NCBI GenBank assembly: GCA_945865725.1
Contig: CAMBEO010000002.1
Coordinates: 14,668-78,667, forward strand
DNA from: Thermoflexus hugenholtzii JAD2
GTDB taxonomy: Bacteria > Chloroflexota > UBA11872 > UBA12225
Direction: 5' to 3'
Length of the DNA: 64,000 nt
Shown one piece after another: positions 27,927 to 37,791 of the stretch. Under the pieces are notes generated by a model, which worked only from the letters and a program-made list of their open reading frames with translations, did no database searches and was not told where the DNA came from. Numbering within the stretch: position 1 is the first letter of the stretch; each line of letters starts with the position of its first letter. Made by a program: the position numbers and the translations under genes.

Positions 27927-28537
27927 TGGCGCTCAGCCAGGCCGCGCGCACGCGGATCGTCGACGAGTTCATCCCGCGGTACCCGAGCAAGCGGGCGGCG
28001 CTCATGCCGGCGCTCTGGCTTGCGCAGGAGGAGGCCGGATGGCTCGCGAACGAGACGTTCGAGGAGATCGGCGAGCTCCTTGACCTGCACGTGACCGACG
28101 TGGCGGCGGTGGCCAGCTTCTACGTGATGTTCCACCGCCGACCGGTCGGCGAGCTGCTGATTGAGGTGTGCGAGAACCCGTCATGCTACCTCGCCGGATC
28201 CGACGCGACGCACGCGCGAATCTGCGAGCGCCTTGGCCTGCCGGCCGGGCACGGCCACGGGATGCAGTCGACTGCCGACGGCAAGTACAGCGTCCGGCCG
28301 ACGGAGTGCCTCGCCGCGTGCGATTACGCGCCGGTCGTGCAGGTAAACCTCCGGTTCCACGGGCCGGTGCGCGCGGATGATGTCGAGGCGTTCCTGGACG
28401 ACCCGGCACGCTTTTCGATCGAGGGCAAGCCTTCGTTCTCGATGGTGGCGGGCCCGCAGGCACTTGCGGTCGATGGCTGGGAGGCGGGCGCACCAGAAGA
28501 TGCGAGATCACAAGGCGGTAGCCGTGCGTCCGGCTAG
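27926..28537 (+). CDS. nuoE: NADH-quinone oxidoreductase subunit E
   Basis: 2Fe-2S ligands in CENPSCYLAG...CLAACDYAPV. The ATG overlaps the nuoD stop (TGATG). Confidence 0.93.
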   Translation: MALSQAARTRIVDEFIPRYPSKRAALMPALWLAQEEAGWLANETFEEIGELLDLHVTDVAAVASFYVMFHRRPVGELLIEVCENPSCYLAGSDATHARICERLGLPAGHGHGMQSTADGKYSVRPTECLAACDYAPVVQVNLRFHGPVRADDVEAFLDDPARFSIEGKPSFSMVAGPQALAVDGWEAGAPEDARSQGGSRASG

Positions 28538-28573
28538 GCGCGGCGCACCCCATCACGAAAGCGTGCGAGAACG

Positions 28574-29941
28574 ATGACCCAGGCGCCACCGCCGCAGACC
28601 CAGGTGCCACCACCGCAGGAGGCGCCGATCCAGCATGGAGCGGGCCAGCCGCTGCCGTGGGAACCGGTGCTGATGGCGGCCGTCGGACGACCCGGGGGGC
28701 ACCTCCTGGCCGACTACCTCTCGCGCGGCGGGTACGACGGGTTGAGGCGCGCCGTCGCCATGACCCCCGAGGACGTCATCAAGGTCGTCGGTGACAGCAA
28801 GCTGCTCGGCCGGGGCGGGGCCGGGTTCCCGACAGGTGTGAAGTGGGGCGGGACGCGCCGGAACCCGGGTCCACGCCACCTTGTCGTCAACGCGGACGAG
28901 TCGGAGCCTGGCACGTTCGGCAACCGGTATGCGATTGAGGCCGACCCGCACGGGCTGATCGAGGGCATGCTCATCTGCTGCTACGCGGTCGGCATCCGGC
29001 ACGCGTACATCTACATCCGGGGCGAGAACCTTGCGGGCGCCGAGAAGCTCGAGCTTGCGATCCAGGAGGCGTACGGCGCCGGCCTGCTTGGTACGCGGAT
29101 CCTCGGCACGGACGGCCTGGACGTCGACATCTCGGTGACCCGTGGAGCGGGGGCGTACGTGTGCGGCGAGGAAACGGCGCTCATGGAGAGCCTCGAGGGG
29201 CGCCGGGCGCAGCCGCGGATCCGTCCGCCGTTCCCGATCGAGGTCGGCGGCGGACTGTTTGGCCGACCAACCGTCGTGAACAACGTCGAGACCCTGATGT
29301 GCGTGCCGCATATCATGATCCGGGGCGCCGCGTGGTTCTCGTCGATCGGCGCGCCGGCGTGCCCCGGGCCAAAGCTCTACACGATCTCGGGCCACGTGAA
29401 CCGGCCCGGGGTGTACGAGCTGCCGATGGGCACGACCCTCTTCGACCTCATCTACAAGTACGCGGGCGGGATGCAGCGCAACCAGAAGGTCAAGGCGGTC
29501 AGCCCCGGCGCGCTCGCGTGCCAGCTGCTGCCCGGGACCGACCTGAACGTGCAGATGGACACGGCGACGCTGACGCGCCCGCCGCACTGGCACCCGCCGT
29601 TCGGTCCCGTCGGGTTCGGCGCGGGCGGGATCATCGTCTACGGGGAGGAGACGGACATCGTGCAAGTCGTCGCACGGGCGTCCGGGTTCTTCGCGAGGGA
29701 GAGTTGCGGCAAGTGCGTGCCCTGCCGCGAGGGCACCCACTGGATGGGCGACGTGCTGGGCCGGATCGCCCATGGCCACGGGCGGCCGCGCGACCTGCCG
29801 CTCCTCGAGGACGTCACCCGGAACATCGGCGGACGCAAGACGCTGTGCGCCCTCGGGGACTTCTCCGTGAACGCGGTCGCCTCGGCGCTGCGCCTGTTCC
29901 GGCCCGAGTTCGAGGCGTACGTCAATGGTGGGTCGCGGTGA
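28574..29941 (+). CDS. nuoF: NADH-quinone oxidoreductase subunit F
   Basis: GRGGAGFPTGVKW (FMN site), NADESEPGTF and ESCGKCVPCREG (N3 cluster). Confidence 0.96.
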   Translation: MTQAPPPQTQVPPPQEAPIQHGAGQPLPWEPVLMAAVGRPGGHLLADYLSRGGYDGLRRAVAMTPEDVIKVVGDSKLLGRGGAGFPTGVKWGGTRRNPGPRHLVVNADESEPGTFGNRYAIEADPHGLIEGMLICCYAVGIRHAYIYIRGENLAGAEKLELAIQEAYGAGLLGTRILGTDGLDVDISVTRGAGAYVCGEETALMESLEGRRAQPRIRPPFPIEVGGGLFGRPTVVNNVETLMCVPHIMIRGAAWFSSIGAPACPGPKLYTISGHVNRPGVYELPMGTTLFDLIYKYAGGMQRNQKVKAVSPGALACQLLPGTDLNVQMDTATLTRPPHWHPPFGPVGFGAGGIIVYGEETDIVQVVARASGFFARESCGKCVPCREGTHWMGDVLGRIAHGHGRPRDLPLLEDVTRNIGGRKTLCALGDFSVNAVASALRLFRPEFEAYVNGGSR

Positions 29942-29974
29942 GCGGCCAGTCACTCCCCACCCACCCCTGGGCGG

Positions 29975-30037
29975 CCCCCACCACCGTTATCCGCGTATGC
30001 GGTCCCTCCCCTGCTGCGGCGGGAGAGGGAAGCGAAC
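29975..30037. repeat. palindromic repeat, module C, in the nuoF-nuoG gap
   Basis: CCCCCACCACCGTTATCCGCGTATGCGGT-CCCTCCCCTGCTGCGGCGGGAGAGGGA-AGCGAAC (core 30004-30030). Confidence 0.9.
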
Positions 30038-30059
30038 CCCACGAAAGCGTGCGAGAACG

Positions 30060-32783
30060 ATGACCGGGGCACCGCCTCCAGCAACCGTTACCGTGACCGT
30101 CGACGGCAAGGACGTTGCCGTACCGCCGGGAACCTTGGCCGTCGAGGCGGCGCGGATGGCCGGCGTCGACGTGCCGGTGTTCTGCTATCACCCGAAGTTG
30201 TCGCTGGCCGGCGCGTGCCGTATGTGCATGTGTGAGATCGGCATGGCATCGCCGCCCGGGCAGCCCCCGCGCCCGCCGGGACTGATGACCGCGTGCACGA
30301 CCCGCGTCTCCAACGGGATGACGATCAACACCGAGGCGCCCGCCGCGCTGAAGGCGCGCGAGGGGGTGATCGAGTTCCTGCTCATCAACCATCCCCTCGA
30401 CTGCCCGGTGTGCGATGCCGGTGGCGAGTGCCCGCTGCAAGACAACAGCCACGCCTGGGGCCCCAAGGAAGGCCGCTTCACCGAGCAGAAGCGCCTGGCG
30501 CGCAAGGGCGCCGCGCTCTCCCCGCTCGTCGTCCTGGACCAGGAGCGGTGCATCGCCTGCTACCGCTGCACGCGGTTCATGGACGAGGTCCCGGGCGAGG
30601 CCGAGCTGGCGTTCTTCTCCCGGGGATTCGCCTCTGAATTGCGGACCGCCGGCGACGCGCCGATGAAGTCGCGGTTCCAGGGCAACATCATCGACCTGTG
30701 CCCGTGCGGGGCGTTGACCAGCGAGACGTACCGGTTCAAGGCGCGGCCGCAAGACCTTGACCATGCGGACAGCGTCTGCGGGCTGTGCCCCGTCGGGTGC
30801 AACGTGATCCTCGACACCCGGTCGAACCAGGTCACGCGGGTCCGTCCCCGGCAGAACGAGGCGGTCAACGAGATCTGGGTGTGCGACAAGGGGCGCTTCG
30901 CGCACCACTGGTCGTCGAGTCCCAACCGCCTCTCCGGCCCGTGGGTACGCGGGGCGGACGGCCTGCACCCGGCGACGTGGCGGCAGGCCTACCAGGAGGC
31001 GGCGCGTCGCCTCGCGGCCGTCAAGGCGGCGCACGGTGGCGGCGCCATCGGCGTGATCGGCGGCCGGAACCTGACCAACGAGGATGCCCATGCCCTCGCG
31101 CGGTTCGCCGCCGAGGTGCTCGAGACCCCGCACGTCGACTTCCGGGTCGGTGCGCAGGTTGCGGAGGCCAACCCCCTGTCCCCGTTCGGGCTGGACGCGT
31201 TCAACACCGGCCTCGACGCCGCCGAGAAGGCGGGCGCGATCCTCCTGGTCGGCACCGACGTCCACGACGAGGTGCCGGTGCAGTGGCTGCGCATCCGGAA
31301 GGGCGTGAAGGCGGGCGCGCGCCTGGTCGTGGCCGGGCCCCGGGCAACCGAGGCCGACCGCCTCGCGTTCCACCGCCTGCGCCATCGGCCCGGTTCGGAA
31401 CTTGCGCTGCTGGTGGGCATCCTTGCCGCCCTCGTCGAGTCGCCCCCGCTAGATGCCGATGGCGCGCCACGTGACCTGTCCGGCCTCGCCGCGGCAATCG
31501 GCGGGACAGGCGTCGACCAGGCCGCGGTGCACGCCGGCGTGGACGCCGTGACGATCCGCGCGGCGGCGGCGACGCTGGCCGGGGCGCGGGACCCGCTGGT
31601 GTACGTCGGGGCCAGGCTGGCGATCCGGCATGACGCGGGCGCGATCGGCATGGCGGTCGGCAACCTCGGCCGTGCCCTCGGGTACCCGGCGCGCGTGAAC
31701 TTCCTGGTCGAGGGCGCGAACGGGCGCGGCGCCGAGTGGGCCGGCCTCGTCCCGGGGCCCGGTGGCCTGCCGGCGGGACACATCATCGCGAAGGCCGCCG
31801 CGGGCGAGATCAAGGCCCTGTACGTGGTCGGCGAGAACCTCCTGGAGACGCATCCTGACGCCGCCCAGGCGCGCGAGGCGCTGGAACGCGCCGAGGTCGT
31901 CATCGTGCACGAGCTCTTCCCGACGGTGACGGCGCAGGGGGCGGACGTGGTGTTCGCGGCGACGGGCCTGATGGAGAAGGACGGCACGACCACGAGCGTC
32001 GAGGGGCGCCTGCAACGCATCTACGCGGCGGTGCACCCGCACGGATCCGACCGCGTGCCGGACTGGCGGATCCTGAGCGACCTTGCGGCGGCGATGGGCG
32101 CCGGCCTCGGGTACTCGGCCGCGTCCGAGGTCACCAAGGACCTGCTTGCGGACGTGCCGGCATACGCGTCGCTCGAGGGGAAGTTGCCCGGCAGTGCCGG
32201 GGTGCTCGTTCGCGCCGTGGCCGTGCCGGCGGCAGGTGGAGGAGGCTTCCTTACGGCCCCCTTCCATCTGCCGACAGCGCCCCGCGCCGCGGCGGGAGAG
32301 GGAAGCACCACCACCTCCCCCGGGCGGGCAAGGATGCCCGCGGACCAACGGGAGAGGGAAGCACCGCCGGCCGTACCTCCCTCTCCCGCCGCCGCGCTTG
32401 GGGCACTGGCGGCAGGTGGAGGGGCCCTCTTCCTGGTGGCAAGCCCCGAGATCGTCGGCCACGAGACCATCGTCGCCGAGACGCCCGAGCTTCTGTCGAC
32501 GGTGCCGGAGGCGTACGTGGAGGTGAACCGCGACGACGCGGCGCGCCTTGGGATCGTCGCCGGGGGACTGGTCGAGGTTCGGGGTCCCGCGGGTGCAGTC
32601 ACGCGGGTGGCCCGGGTGAACGGCCGTGTCCCGTCAGGCACCTGCTTCGCACCGGAGAACCTCGGCTCGCCCCGGATCAACGCCATCCTCCGTTGGTCGA
32701 CCGAGGTGCCCCTGGTCACGCTCCGGCCGGTGGTCGTCGAAGGCGCGGAGGCCACCGGGGCCGCCGTGGCAGGTGCCCGATGA
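30060..32783 (+). CDS. nuoG: NADH-quinone oxidoreductase subunit G (carries an in-frame repeat-derived insertion)
   Basis: 2Fe-2S CYHPKLSLAGACRMC, HPLDCPVCDAGGECPLQD, CIACYRCTRF and a molybdopterin-like domain. ATG is at 30060. Residues encoded by about 32228-32424 are repeat DNA read in frame. Confidence 0.93.
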   Translation: MTGAPPPATVTVTVDGKDVAVPPGTLAVEAARMAGVDVPVFCYHPKLSLAGACRMCMCEIGMASPPGQPPRPPGLMTACTTRVSNGMTINTEAPAALKAREGVIEFLLINHPLDCPVCDAGGECPLQDNSHAWGPKEGRFTEQKRLARKGAALSPLVVLDQERCIACYRCTRFMDEVPGEAELAFFSRGFASELRTAGDAPMKSRFQGNIIDLCPCGALTSETYRFKARPQDLDHADSVCGLCPVGCNVILDTRSNQVTRVRPRQNEAVNEIWVCDKGRFAHHWSSSPNRLSGPWVRGADGLHPATWRQAYQEAARRLAAVKAAHGGGAIGVIGGRNLTNEDAHALARFAAEVLETPHVDFRVGAQVAEANPLSPFGLDAFNTGLDAAEKAGAILLVGTDVHDEVPVQWLRIRKGVKAGARLVVAGPRATEADRLAFHRLRHRPGSELALLVGILAALVESPPLDADGAPRDLSGLAAAIGGTGVDQAAVHAGVDAVTIRAAAATLAGARDPLVYVGARLAIRHDAGAIGMAVGNLGRALGYPARVNFLVEGANGRGAEWAGLVPGPGGLPAGHIIAKAAAGEIKALYVVGENLLETHPDAAQAREALERAEVVIVHELFPTVTAQGADVVFAATGLMEKDGTTTSVEGRLQRIYAAVHPHGSDRVPDWRILSDLAAAMGAGLGYSAASEVTKDLLADVPAYASLEGKLPGSAGVLVRAVAVPAAGGGGFLTAPFHLPTAPRAAAGEGSTTTSPGRARMPADQREREAPPAVPPSPAAALGALAAGGGALFLVASPEIVGHETIVAETPELLSTVPEAYVEVNRDDAARLGIVAGGLVEVRGPAGAVTRVARVNGRVPSGTCFAPENLGSPRINAILRWSTEVPLVTLRPVVVEGAEATGAAVAGAR
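32228..32424. repeat. intragenic palindromic-repeat composite inside nuoG
   Basis: Module B(+) at 32257-32311, module D(reverse) at 32317-32349 plus a half core at 32350-32364, and module B(reverse) at 32371-32424. It is bracketed by the 15-bp direct repeat GGCGGCAGGTGGAGG (32228-32242 and 32408-32422), 180 bp apart. Confidence 0.9.
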
Positions 32784-32889
32784 CTTCCCCAGCACGAGAA
32801 CGGGCGACGGCCGCCCTGCCCGGTATCCTCCGCGGGACGCCGACGGGGCGTCGGGTCATCACCGCGGGCGGAACCTTCCAGGGGCACCC

Positions 32890-33975
32890 ATGAACGGGAT
32901 TTTCGGCCTCGACGGTCGCACCTGGGACATCATCCTCGCGATCATCACCGCGTCGATCAAGGCGTTCGTGATCGTGAACGGCCTGCTGCTGGCGTTCGCG
33001 TACATGACGCTGAGCGAGCGCAAGGTCCTCGGACGCATGCAGGCGCGCTACGGCCCCAACCGTGCCGGCCCTTGGGGGATCCTCCAGCCGATCGCCGACG
33101 GCATCAAGCTGGCCTTCAAGGAAGACGTCACGCCCCGGCAGGCGAACCGCTGGATCCACCTGCTGGCGCCGTGCCTGGCCCTGGTGCCGGCCCTGATCAT
33201 CTTCGCCGTGATCCCGCTCGGGCCGGAGATGGAGGTCTTCGGCGTCCCGTGGACCTGGCACGTCGCGAGGGTCAACGTGGCGTACCTGTATGCGGCGGCG
33301 ATCGCGTCGGTCGGCGTCTACGGCATCGTCCTCGCGGGCTGGGCATCGAACAGCAAGTACGCGCTGCTCGGTGGCCTGCGCGCCTCGGCGCAGGTCATCA
33401 GCTACGAGCTGGCGCAGGGCCTGGCGGCGATGACCGCGATCGTGATGGCCGGGAGCCTCGACCTGTACGAGATCGTGAACCAGCAAGTCGCGAGCGGCCT
33501 GCCGTACGCGCTCTACCTTCCGTTCGGCCTCGTGGCGTTCGTGGTGTACGTCATCGCGGGCGTGGCGGAGGCGAACCGGGCGCCGTTCGACCTGGCCGAG
33601 GCGGAAGGCGAGCTTGGTGCTGGCTTCCACACCGAGTACTCCGGGTTCAAGTGGTCGATGTTCTTCATGGCCGAGTACGTGAACATGATCAACATCTCGG
33701 CGCTCGCCTCGGTCCTCTTCCTTGGGGGGTGGTGGCCGATCCCGACCGATGCGCCGGGGGTGGTCCAGGCGCTCGGCCCGGTCGTCTTCCTCGTCAAGAT
33801 CGCGCTCTTCATGTTCATGTTCATCTGGCTGCGAGCGACGTTGCCCCGGCTCCGCTTCGACCGGTTGATGTCCCTCGGCTGGAAGGTGCTCCTGCCGGTT
33901 GCGCTGGTCAACTTGATCGGGACGGCGACGGTCGTGGCGTTGTGGCCGCTGGGCACCTGGCCGTTCGCGAACTGA
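32890..33975 (+). CDS. nuoH: NADH-quinone oxidoreductase subunit H
   Basis: [33 protein letters not shown] and [16 protein letters not shown]. Confidence 0.95.
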   Translation: MNGIFGLDGRTWDIILAIITASIKAFVIVNGLLLAFAYMTLSERKVLGRMQARYGPNRAGPWGILQPIADGIKLAFKEDVTPRQANRWIHLLAPCLALVPALIIFAVIPLGPEMEVFGVPWTWHVARVNVAYLYAAAIASVGVYGIVLAGWASNSKYALLGGLRASAQVISYELAQGLAAMTAIVMAGSLDLYEIVNQQVASGLPYALYLPFGLVAFVVYVIAGVAEANRAPFDLAEAEGELGAGFHTEYSGFKWSMFFMAEYVNMINISALASVLFLGGWWPIPTDAPGVVQALGPVVFLVKIALFMFMFIWLRATLPRLRFDRLMSLGWKVLLPVALVNLIGTATVVALWPLGTWPFAN

Positions 33976-33983
33976 GACGACCG

Positions 33984-34174
33984 ACCCCCACCATCGTTAT
34001 CCGAGTACTCGATCCCTCCCCCGCTGCGGCGGGAGAGGGAAGCACGACCCCCTGCCCCAATACGACCCCCACCCTCAATCCCTCCCCCGCTGCGGCGGGA
34101 GAGGGAAGCACCACCACCTGCCCCAATACGACCCCCACCCTCAGTCCCTCCCCCGCTGCGGCGGGAGAGGGAGG
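33984..34174. repeat. palindromic-repeat cluster: module C + two module A, in the nuoH-nuoI gap
   Basis: Cores at 34014-34040, 34080-34106 and 34146-34172. The last two units are a 66-bp tandem duplication, with CCTGCCCCAATACG at both 34051 and 34117. Confidence 0.95.
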
Positions 34175-34189
34175 CGAAAGGAAAACCTC

Positions 34190-34708
34190 GTGGCGTTCGT
34201 GGAGTTGCAGTCGCCGCCGCCGCCGTCCAACGCGCTTGCAGGCGCCGTGGCGGACGTGACGGCGCTGGCCAAGGGGCTGGGCGTCACCTTGGGGTACCTC
34301 TTCTCGAAGCCGGTGACCATCCAGTACCCGGAGGAACGCCCGCGACTGCCGGCGCGCCACCGGGGGCGCCACGAGCTGGAACGCCACGCGAACGGCCTGG
34401 AGAAGTGCGTCGGGTGCGAGTTGTGCGCCCTCGCCTGCCCGTCGAAGGCGATCTTCGTCGAGGGGGCGGAGAACCCGCCGGACGCGCCGGTGTCGATCGG
34501 CGAGCGGTACGCGAAGACCTACCTAGTGAACATGATCCGATGCATCTTTTGTGGCTACTGCGTCGAGGCCTGCCCGACGGAGGCGCTCCAGCTGAAGCGG
34601 GTGTTCGAGCTGGCGGACTACACGCGCGAGTCGATGATCTACGGCAAGGAGACCTTGCTGGCGCCCGCGCCGAAGCGCGAGGCGGCCGACTCGTGGCTGC
34701 CAGGCTAG
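34190..34708 (+). CDS. nuoI: NADH-quinone oxidoreductase subunit I
   Basis: Two 4Fe-4S motifs, [12 protein letters not shown] and [12 protein letters not shown]; GTG start at 34190. Confidence 0.94.
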   Translation: MAFVELQSPPPPSNALAGAVADVTALAKGLGVTLGYLFSKPVTIQYPEERPRLPARHRGRHELERHANGLEKCVGCELCALACPSKAIFVEGAENPPDAPVSIGERYAKTYLVNMIRCIFCGYCVEACPTEALQLKRVFELADYTRESMIYGKETLLAPAPKREAADSWLPG

Positions 34709-34727
34709 ACGAGGGACACGTACGGGC

Positions 34728-35279
34728 ATGGAGTTCCTGATCTTTTCCGCCGTCGCGGCCATCGCGATCGCCGCCGGGCTGCTTATGGTCCTGCAGCGGA
34801 ACGCGATGTATAGCGCGCTGTTCCTCGTCGTGGTCTTCTTCTGCCTCGCCGTGATCTACATCCTGCTGGGGGCGTACTTCCTGGCGGTCGTGCAGGTGGC
34901 GGTGTATGCCGGGGCGATCATGGTCCTGATGCTGTTCGTGATCATGCTGCTGAACGTGGCATGGCCCGAGCCGGACGACCGGGTGCTCGGGCTGCTCCGG
35001 CCACTCGGTGCCACGGCGGCCGTGACCTTCGCGATGCTGATGGCCTGGGCGCTCGCGGGCACGCCGGGGCTGCCGTCACCCCTCCCGGGAACGAGCCTGC
35101 CGGTCGGGGCCGCCATGACCCTGGGTCGCGTCGGCGAGGCGCAGGCCGGGCACGTCCAGGAGGTGGCAGTCACGCTGTTCTCGAAGTACCTGCTCCCGTT
35201 CGAGCTGGTGAGCATCCTGCTGCTTGCGGCGATCCTTGGCGCATCGGTACTGGCCCGCAAGCGGCCGGACCACGCCTGA
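34728..35279 (+). CDS. nuoJ: NADH-quinone oxidoreductase subunit J
   Basis: Hydrophobic ND6-like protein ([22 protein letters not shown]); position in the operon. Confidence 0.88.
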   Translation: MEFLIFSAVAAIAIAAGLLMVLQRNAMYSALFLVVVFFCLAVIYILLGAYFLAVVQVAVYAGAIMVLMLFVIMLLNVAWPEPDDRVLGLLRPLGATAAVTFAMLMAWALAGTPGLPSPLPGTSLPVGAAMTLGRVGEAQAGHVQEVAVTLFSKYLLPFELVSILLLAAILGASVLARKRPDHA

Positions 35280-35310
35280 CGGCACCGGCAAGCGAGGGAC
35301 GGAGGACGAC

Positions 35311-35631
35311 ATGCCAGGGTTTCCGGAGGTGGTTCCGACCGAGGCGTACCTCGGGCTGAGCGCGGTGCTGTTCGGCATTGGCGCGCTGGGCGTGGTCCTG
35401 CGCAAGAGCGCGCTCACCATGTTCATGTCGATCGAGCTGATGCTCAATGCGGTGAACCTGAGCCTCGTCGCCTTCGGCCGACAGTTCGGGCGCCTTGACG
35501 GGCAGGTGATCGTGTTCTTCGTGATGGCGGTCGCCGCGGCGGAAGTTGCCGTCGGGCTGGCGATCATCGTGGACATCTACCGCAGCCGGCGCAGCGTCGA
35601 CATCGACGATGCGAGCTGGCTCCGGGGCTGA
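35311..35631 (+). CDS. nuoK: NADH-quinone oxidoreductase subunit K
   Basis: [19 protein letters not shown] and [14 protein letters not shown]; ATG 35311 follows GGAGGA. Confidence 0.92.
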   Translation: MPGFPEVVPTEAYLGLSAVLFGIGALGVVLRKSALTMFMSIELMLNAVNLSLVAFGRQFGRLDGQVIVFFVMAVAAAEVAVGLAIIVDIYRSRRSVDIDDASWLRG

Positions 35632-35651
35632 CAGGGCTGCAGTTACGGACC

Positions 35652-37622
35652 ATGACGATGATCGACCTTCTCTGGCTTGTGCCGGTCCTGCCGCTCGCTG
35701 GCGCGGTTGCCCTCCTGGCCGGCGGGCGACGGCTCGGGCGTGGTGCCGTCGTCGCGACCGGCACCGGATCCGTGGCGCTCGCCTTCGTGGTCGCGGCTGG
35801 CGCGGTCACCGACCTGGTGGCCAACGGCCCGGCGATGCGCGGCGTGGAGGTCCACCTCTTCCCGTGGCTGGCCTGGGGCTCGGGAAGTGACGCCGTGACG
35901 GTGGCGGAGGCGGGCCTGCTGCTCGATCCGCTCTCGGCGCTGATGATCCTGGTCGTCACCGGGATCGGGACGCTGATCCACCTGTACTCCAGCGGGTACA
36001 TGGCGGGTGACGAGGGGTTCGCGCGCTATTACGCGTACCTGAACCTGTTCACCTTCTCCATGCTCGTGCTCGTGCTCGCAAACAACCTCGCGCTGCTGTT
36101 CGTCGGCTGGGAGCTCGTGGGCTTCTGCTCGTGGGCGCTGATCGGGTTCTGGTTCGAACGCAAGGCGGCGGCGGCGGCGGGCCAGAAGGCGTTCATCACG
36201 AACCGGGTCGGCGACCTCGGGGTCCTCGCGGCGCTCTTCCTGGTCTGGGCGAACTGGGGGACGTTCAGTTTCCATGCCCTCCCGGGGTCGACGTTGCCGG
36301 GCGTCCTGGACGACCCCGCGCGCGTGCTGGCCACGCCGCTGGTGGCCCTTGCCATTCCGTTGCTCCTGCTGCTCGGGGTGACGGGCAAGTCCGCCCAGAT
36401 CCCGTTGTTCACGTGGCTCCCTGACGCCATGGAGGGGCCCACGCCCGTCTCGGCGCTTATCCACGCGGCGACGATGGTGACGGGGGGCGTCTACCTGGTG
36501 GCGCGCGTGCATCCGCTCTTCGACCAGTCGCCAGAGGCGCAGCTCGTGCTTGGGACCACCGGCGCCGTGACCGCGTTCGTTGCGGCGACCATCGCGACGG
36601 TGCAGGTCGACGTCAAGCGGGTGCTGGCCTACTCGACGGTAAGCCAGCTCGGGTTCATGGTCCTCGGCCTCGGGGCGGGAGCGTACGGGGCGGCGGCCTT
36701 CCACCTGATGACCCACGCCTTTTTCAAGGCCTTGCTCTTCCTTGGCGCCGGCGCGGTCATCCATGGCGTAGCAAGCCAGCAAGACTTGCGGAAGATGGGC
36801 GGGCTGATCCGGTACATGCCGGTGACGGCTTGGACCTTCATCGTCGGGTGGCTCGCGATCATCGGCGTCCCGGGGCTTTCCGGCTTCTTCTCGAAGGACC
36901 TGATCCTCGCCCGGGCGTTCGGGAGAGGTCTCGTCGATCCTGCGTTCCTCGTCCTCTTCGGGGTGGCGCTGGTGACCGTCGGGATCACCGCCTTCTACAT
37001 GTCCCGACTGGTGTTCCTTGCGTTCCTGGGCGAGTACCGGGGCGGGTCGGTGCACCCGCACGAGGCGCCGCCCTCGATGCTGGTCCCGCTGGTGGTCCTG
37101 GCCATTGGCTCGATCGGGGCCGGGTGGGTCGGGATCCCTCCGTTCCTGCTTGGGGAAGCCGGGCATGCGACGGTGATCGAGCAGTTCCTCGCCCCCGCCA
37201 CCCTTGCGACCGGCACTTGGGAGGGCACGCTTGACCATTCCACGGAGTGGATCATCACTGGCCTCTCGGTGGCGATCACGCTCGCAGGCGCCGGGCTGGC
37301 CGGGGTGGCCTACCTGGGCGAGGGACCGATCAGCCCGGTCGTCACCGAGCTGGTCGCCCCCTTCAGGCGCCTGTTTGCCGGGCGCTGGTTCGTCGACGAG
37401 GCACACGGGGCCCTGGTCATCCGCCCGCTGGCCCGGGTGGCGTCGTTCCTCGCGTCGGTCGACGTGGGCGTCGTCGATGGCGCGGTCGCGCTCGTCGTGG
37501 CGGGGGTACGCGGCATCGGTGCGCTCCTCGCCCGGTTGCAGTCCGGGTACGTGCGGGGCTACGCGGTGACCATGCTGGTCGGCGCGGTCGCCGTCGTGGC
37601 ATCGGCGTGGGCGCTGCGATGA
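35652..37622 (+). CDS. nuoL: NADH-quinone oxidoreductase subunit L
   Basis: GWELVGFCSWALIGFW and GKSAQIPLFTWLPDAMEGPTPVSALIHAATMV. Confidence 0.95.
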   Translation: MTMIDLLWLVPVLPLAGAVALLAGGRRLGRGAVVATGTGSVALAFVVAAGAVTDLVANGPAMRGVEVHLFPWLAWGSGSDAVTVAEAGLLLDPLSALMILVVTGIGTLIHLYSSGYMAGDEGFARYYAYLNLFTFSMLVLVLANNLALLFVGWELVGFCSWALIGFWFERKAAAAAGQKAFITNRVGDLGVLAALFLVWANWGTFSFHALPGSTLPGVLDDPARVLATPLVALAIPLLLLLGVTGKSAQIPLFTWLPDAMEGPTPVSALIHAATMVTGGVYLVARVHPLFDQSPEAQLVLGTTGAVTAFVAATIATVQVDVKRVLAYSTVSQLGFMVLGLGAGAYGAAAFHLMTHAFFKALLFLGAGAVIHGVASQQDLRKMGGLIRYMPVTAWTFIVGWLAIIGVPGLSGFFSKDLILARAFGRGLVDPAFLVLFGVALVTVGITAFYMSRLVFLAFLGEYRGGSVHPHEAPPSMLVPLVVLAIGSIGAGWVGIPPFLLGEAGHATVIEQFLAPATLATGTWEGTLDHSTEWIITGLSVAITLAGAGLAGVAYLGEGPISPVVTELVAPFRRLFAGRWFVDEAHGALVIRPLARVASFLASVDVGVVDGAVALVVAGVRGIGALLARLQSGYVRGYAVTMLVGAVAVVASAWALR

Positions 37623-37735
37623 GGTGGGGCATGGTCCGCGTCCTTCCCTCTCCCGCCGCAGCGTGGGGCGCTTGCGGCAGATGGAAGGGGGCCGTCTTGG
37701 GTGGGGCATGGTCCGCGGGCATCCTTGCCCGCTCC
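37623..37735. repeat. nested repeat: module B (reverse) inside module D, in the nuoL-nuoM gap
   Basis: The 18-bp direct repeat GGTGGGGCATGGTCCGCG (37623-37640 and 37700-37717) flanks a reverse module B (37641-37690). Module D continues as GGCATCCTTGCCCGC, with hairpin GCGGGCA-TCCT-TGCCCGC at 37715-37732. Confidence 0.9.
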
Positions 37736-37791
37736 GGGATGCTGGGTGACGTGCGGGCTTTGGTGGGCCGGCAGGATCGGGTGAGGCTCAC

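Noticed and set aside
33984-34174. Tandem repeat clusters (also 1989-2096 and 15824-15946) considered as CRISPR arrays.
   Set aside because: The spacers between hairpins are themselves repeated (CCTGCCCCAATACG occurs twice) or only a few nt long. Units also occur singly and inverted all over the window, and no cas genes or leader are present.
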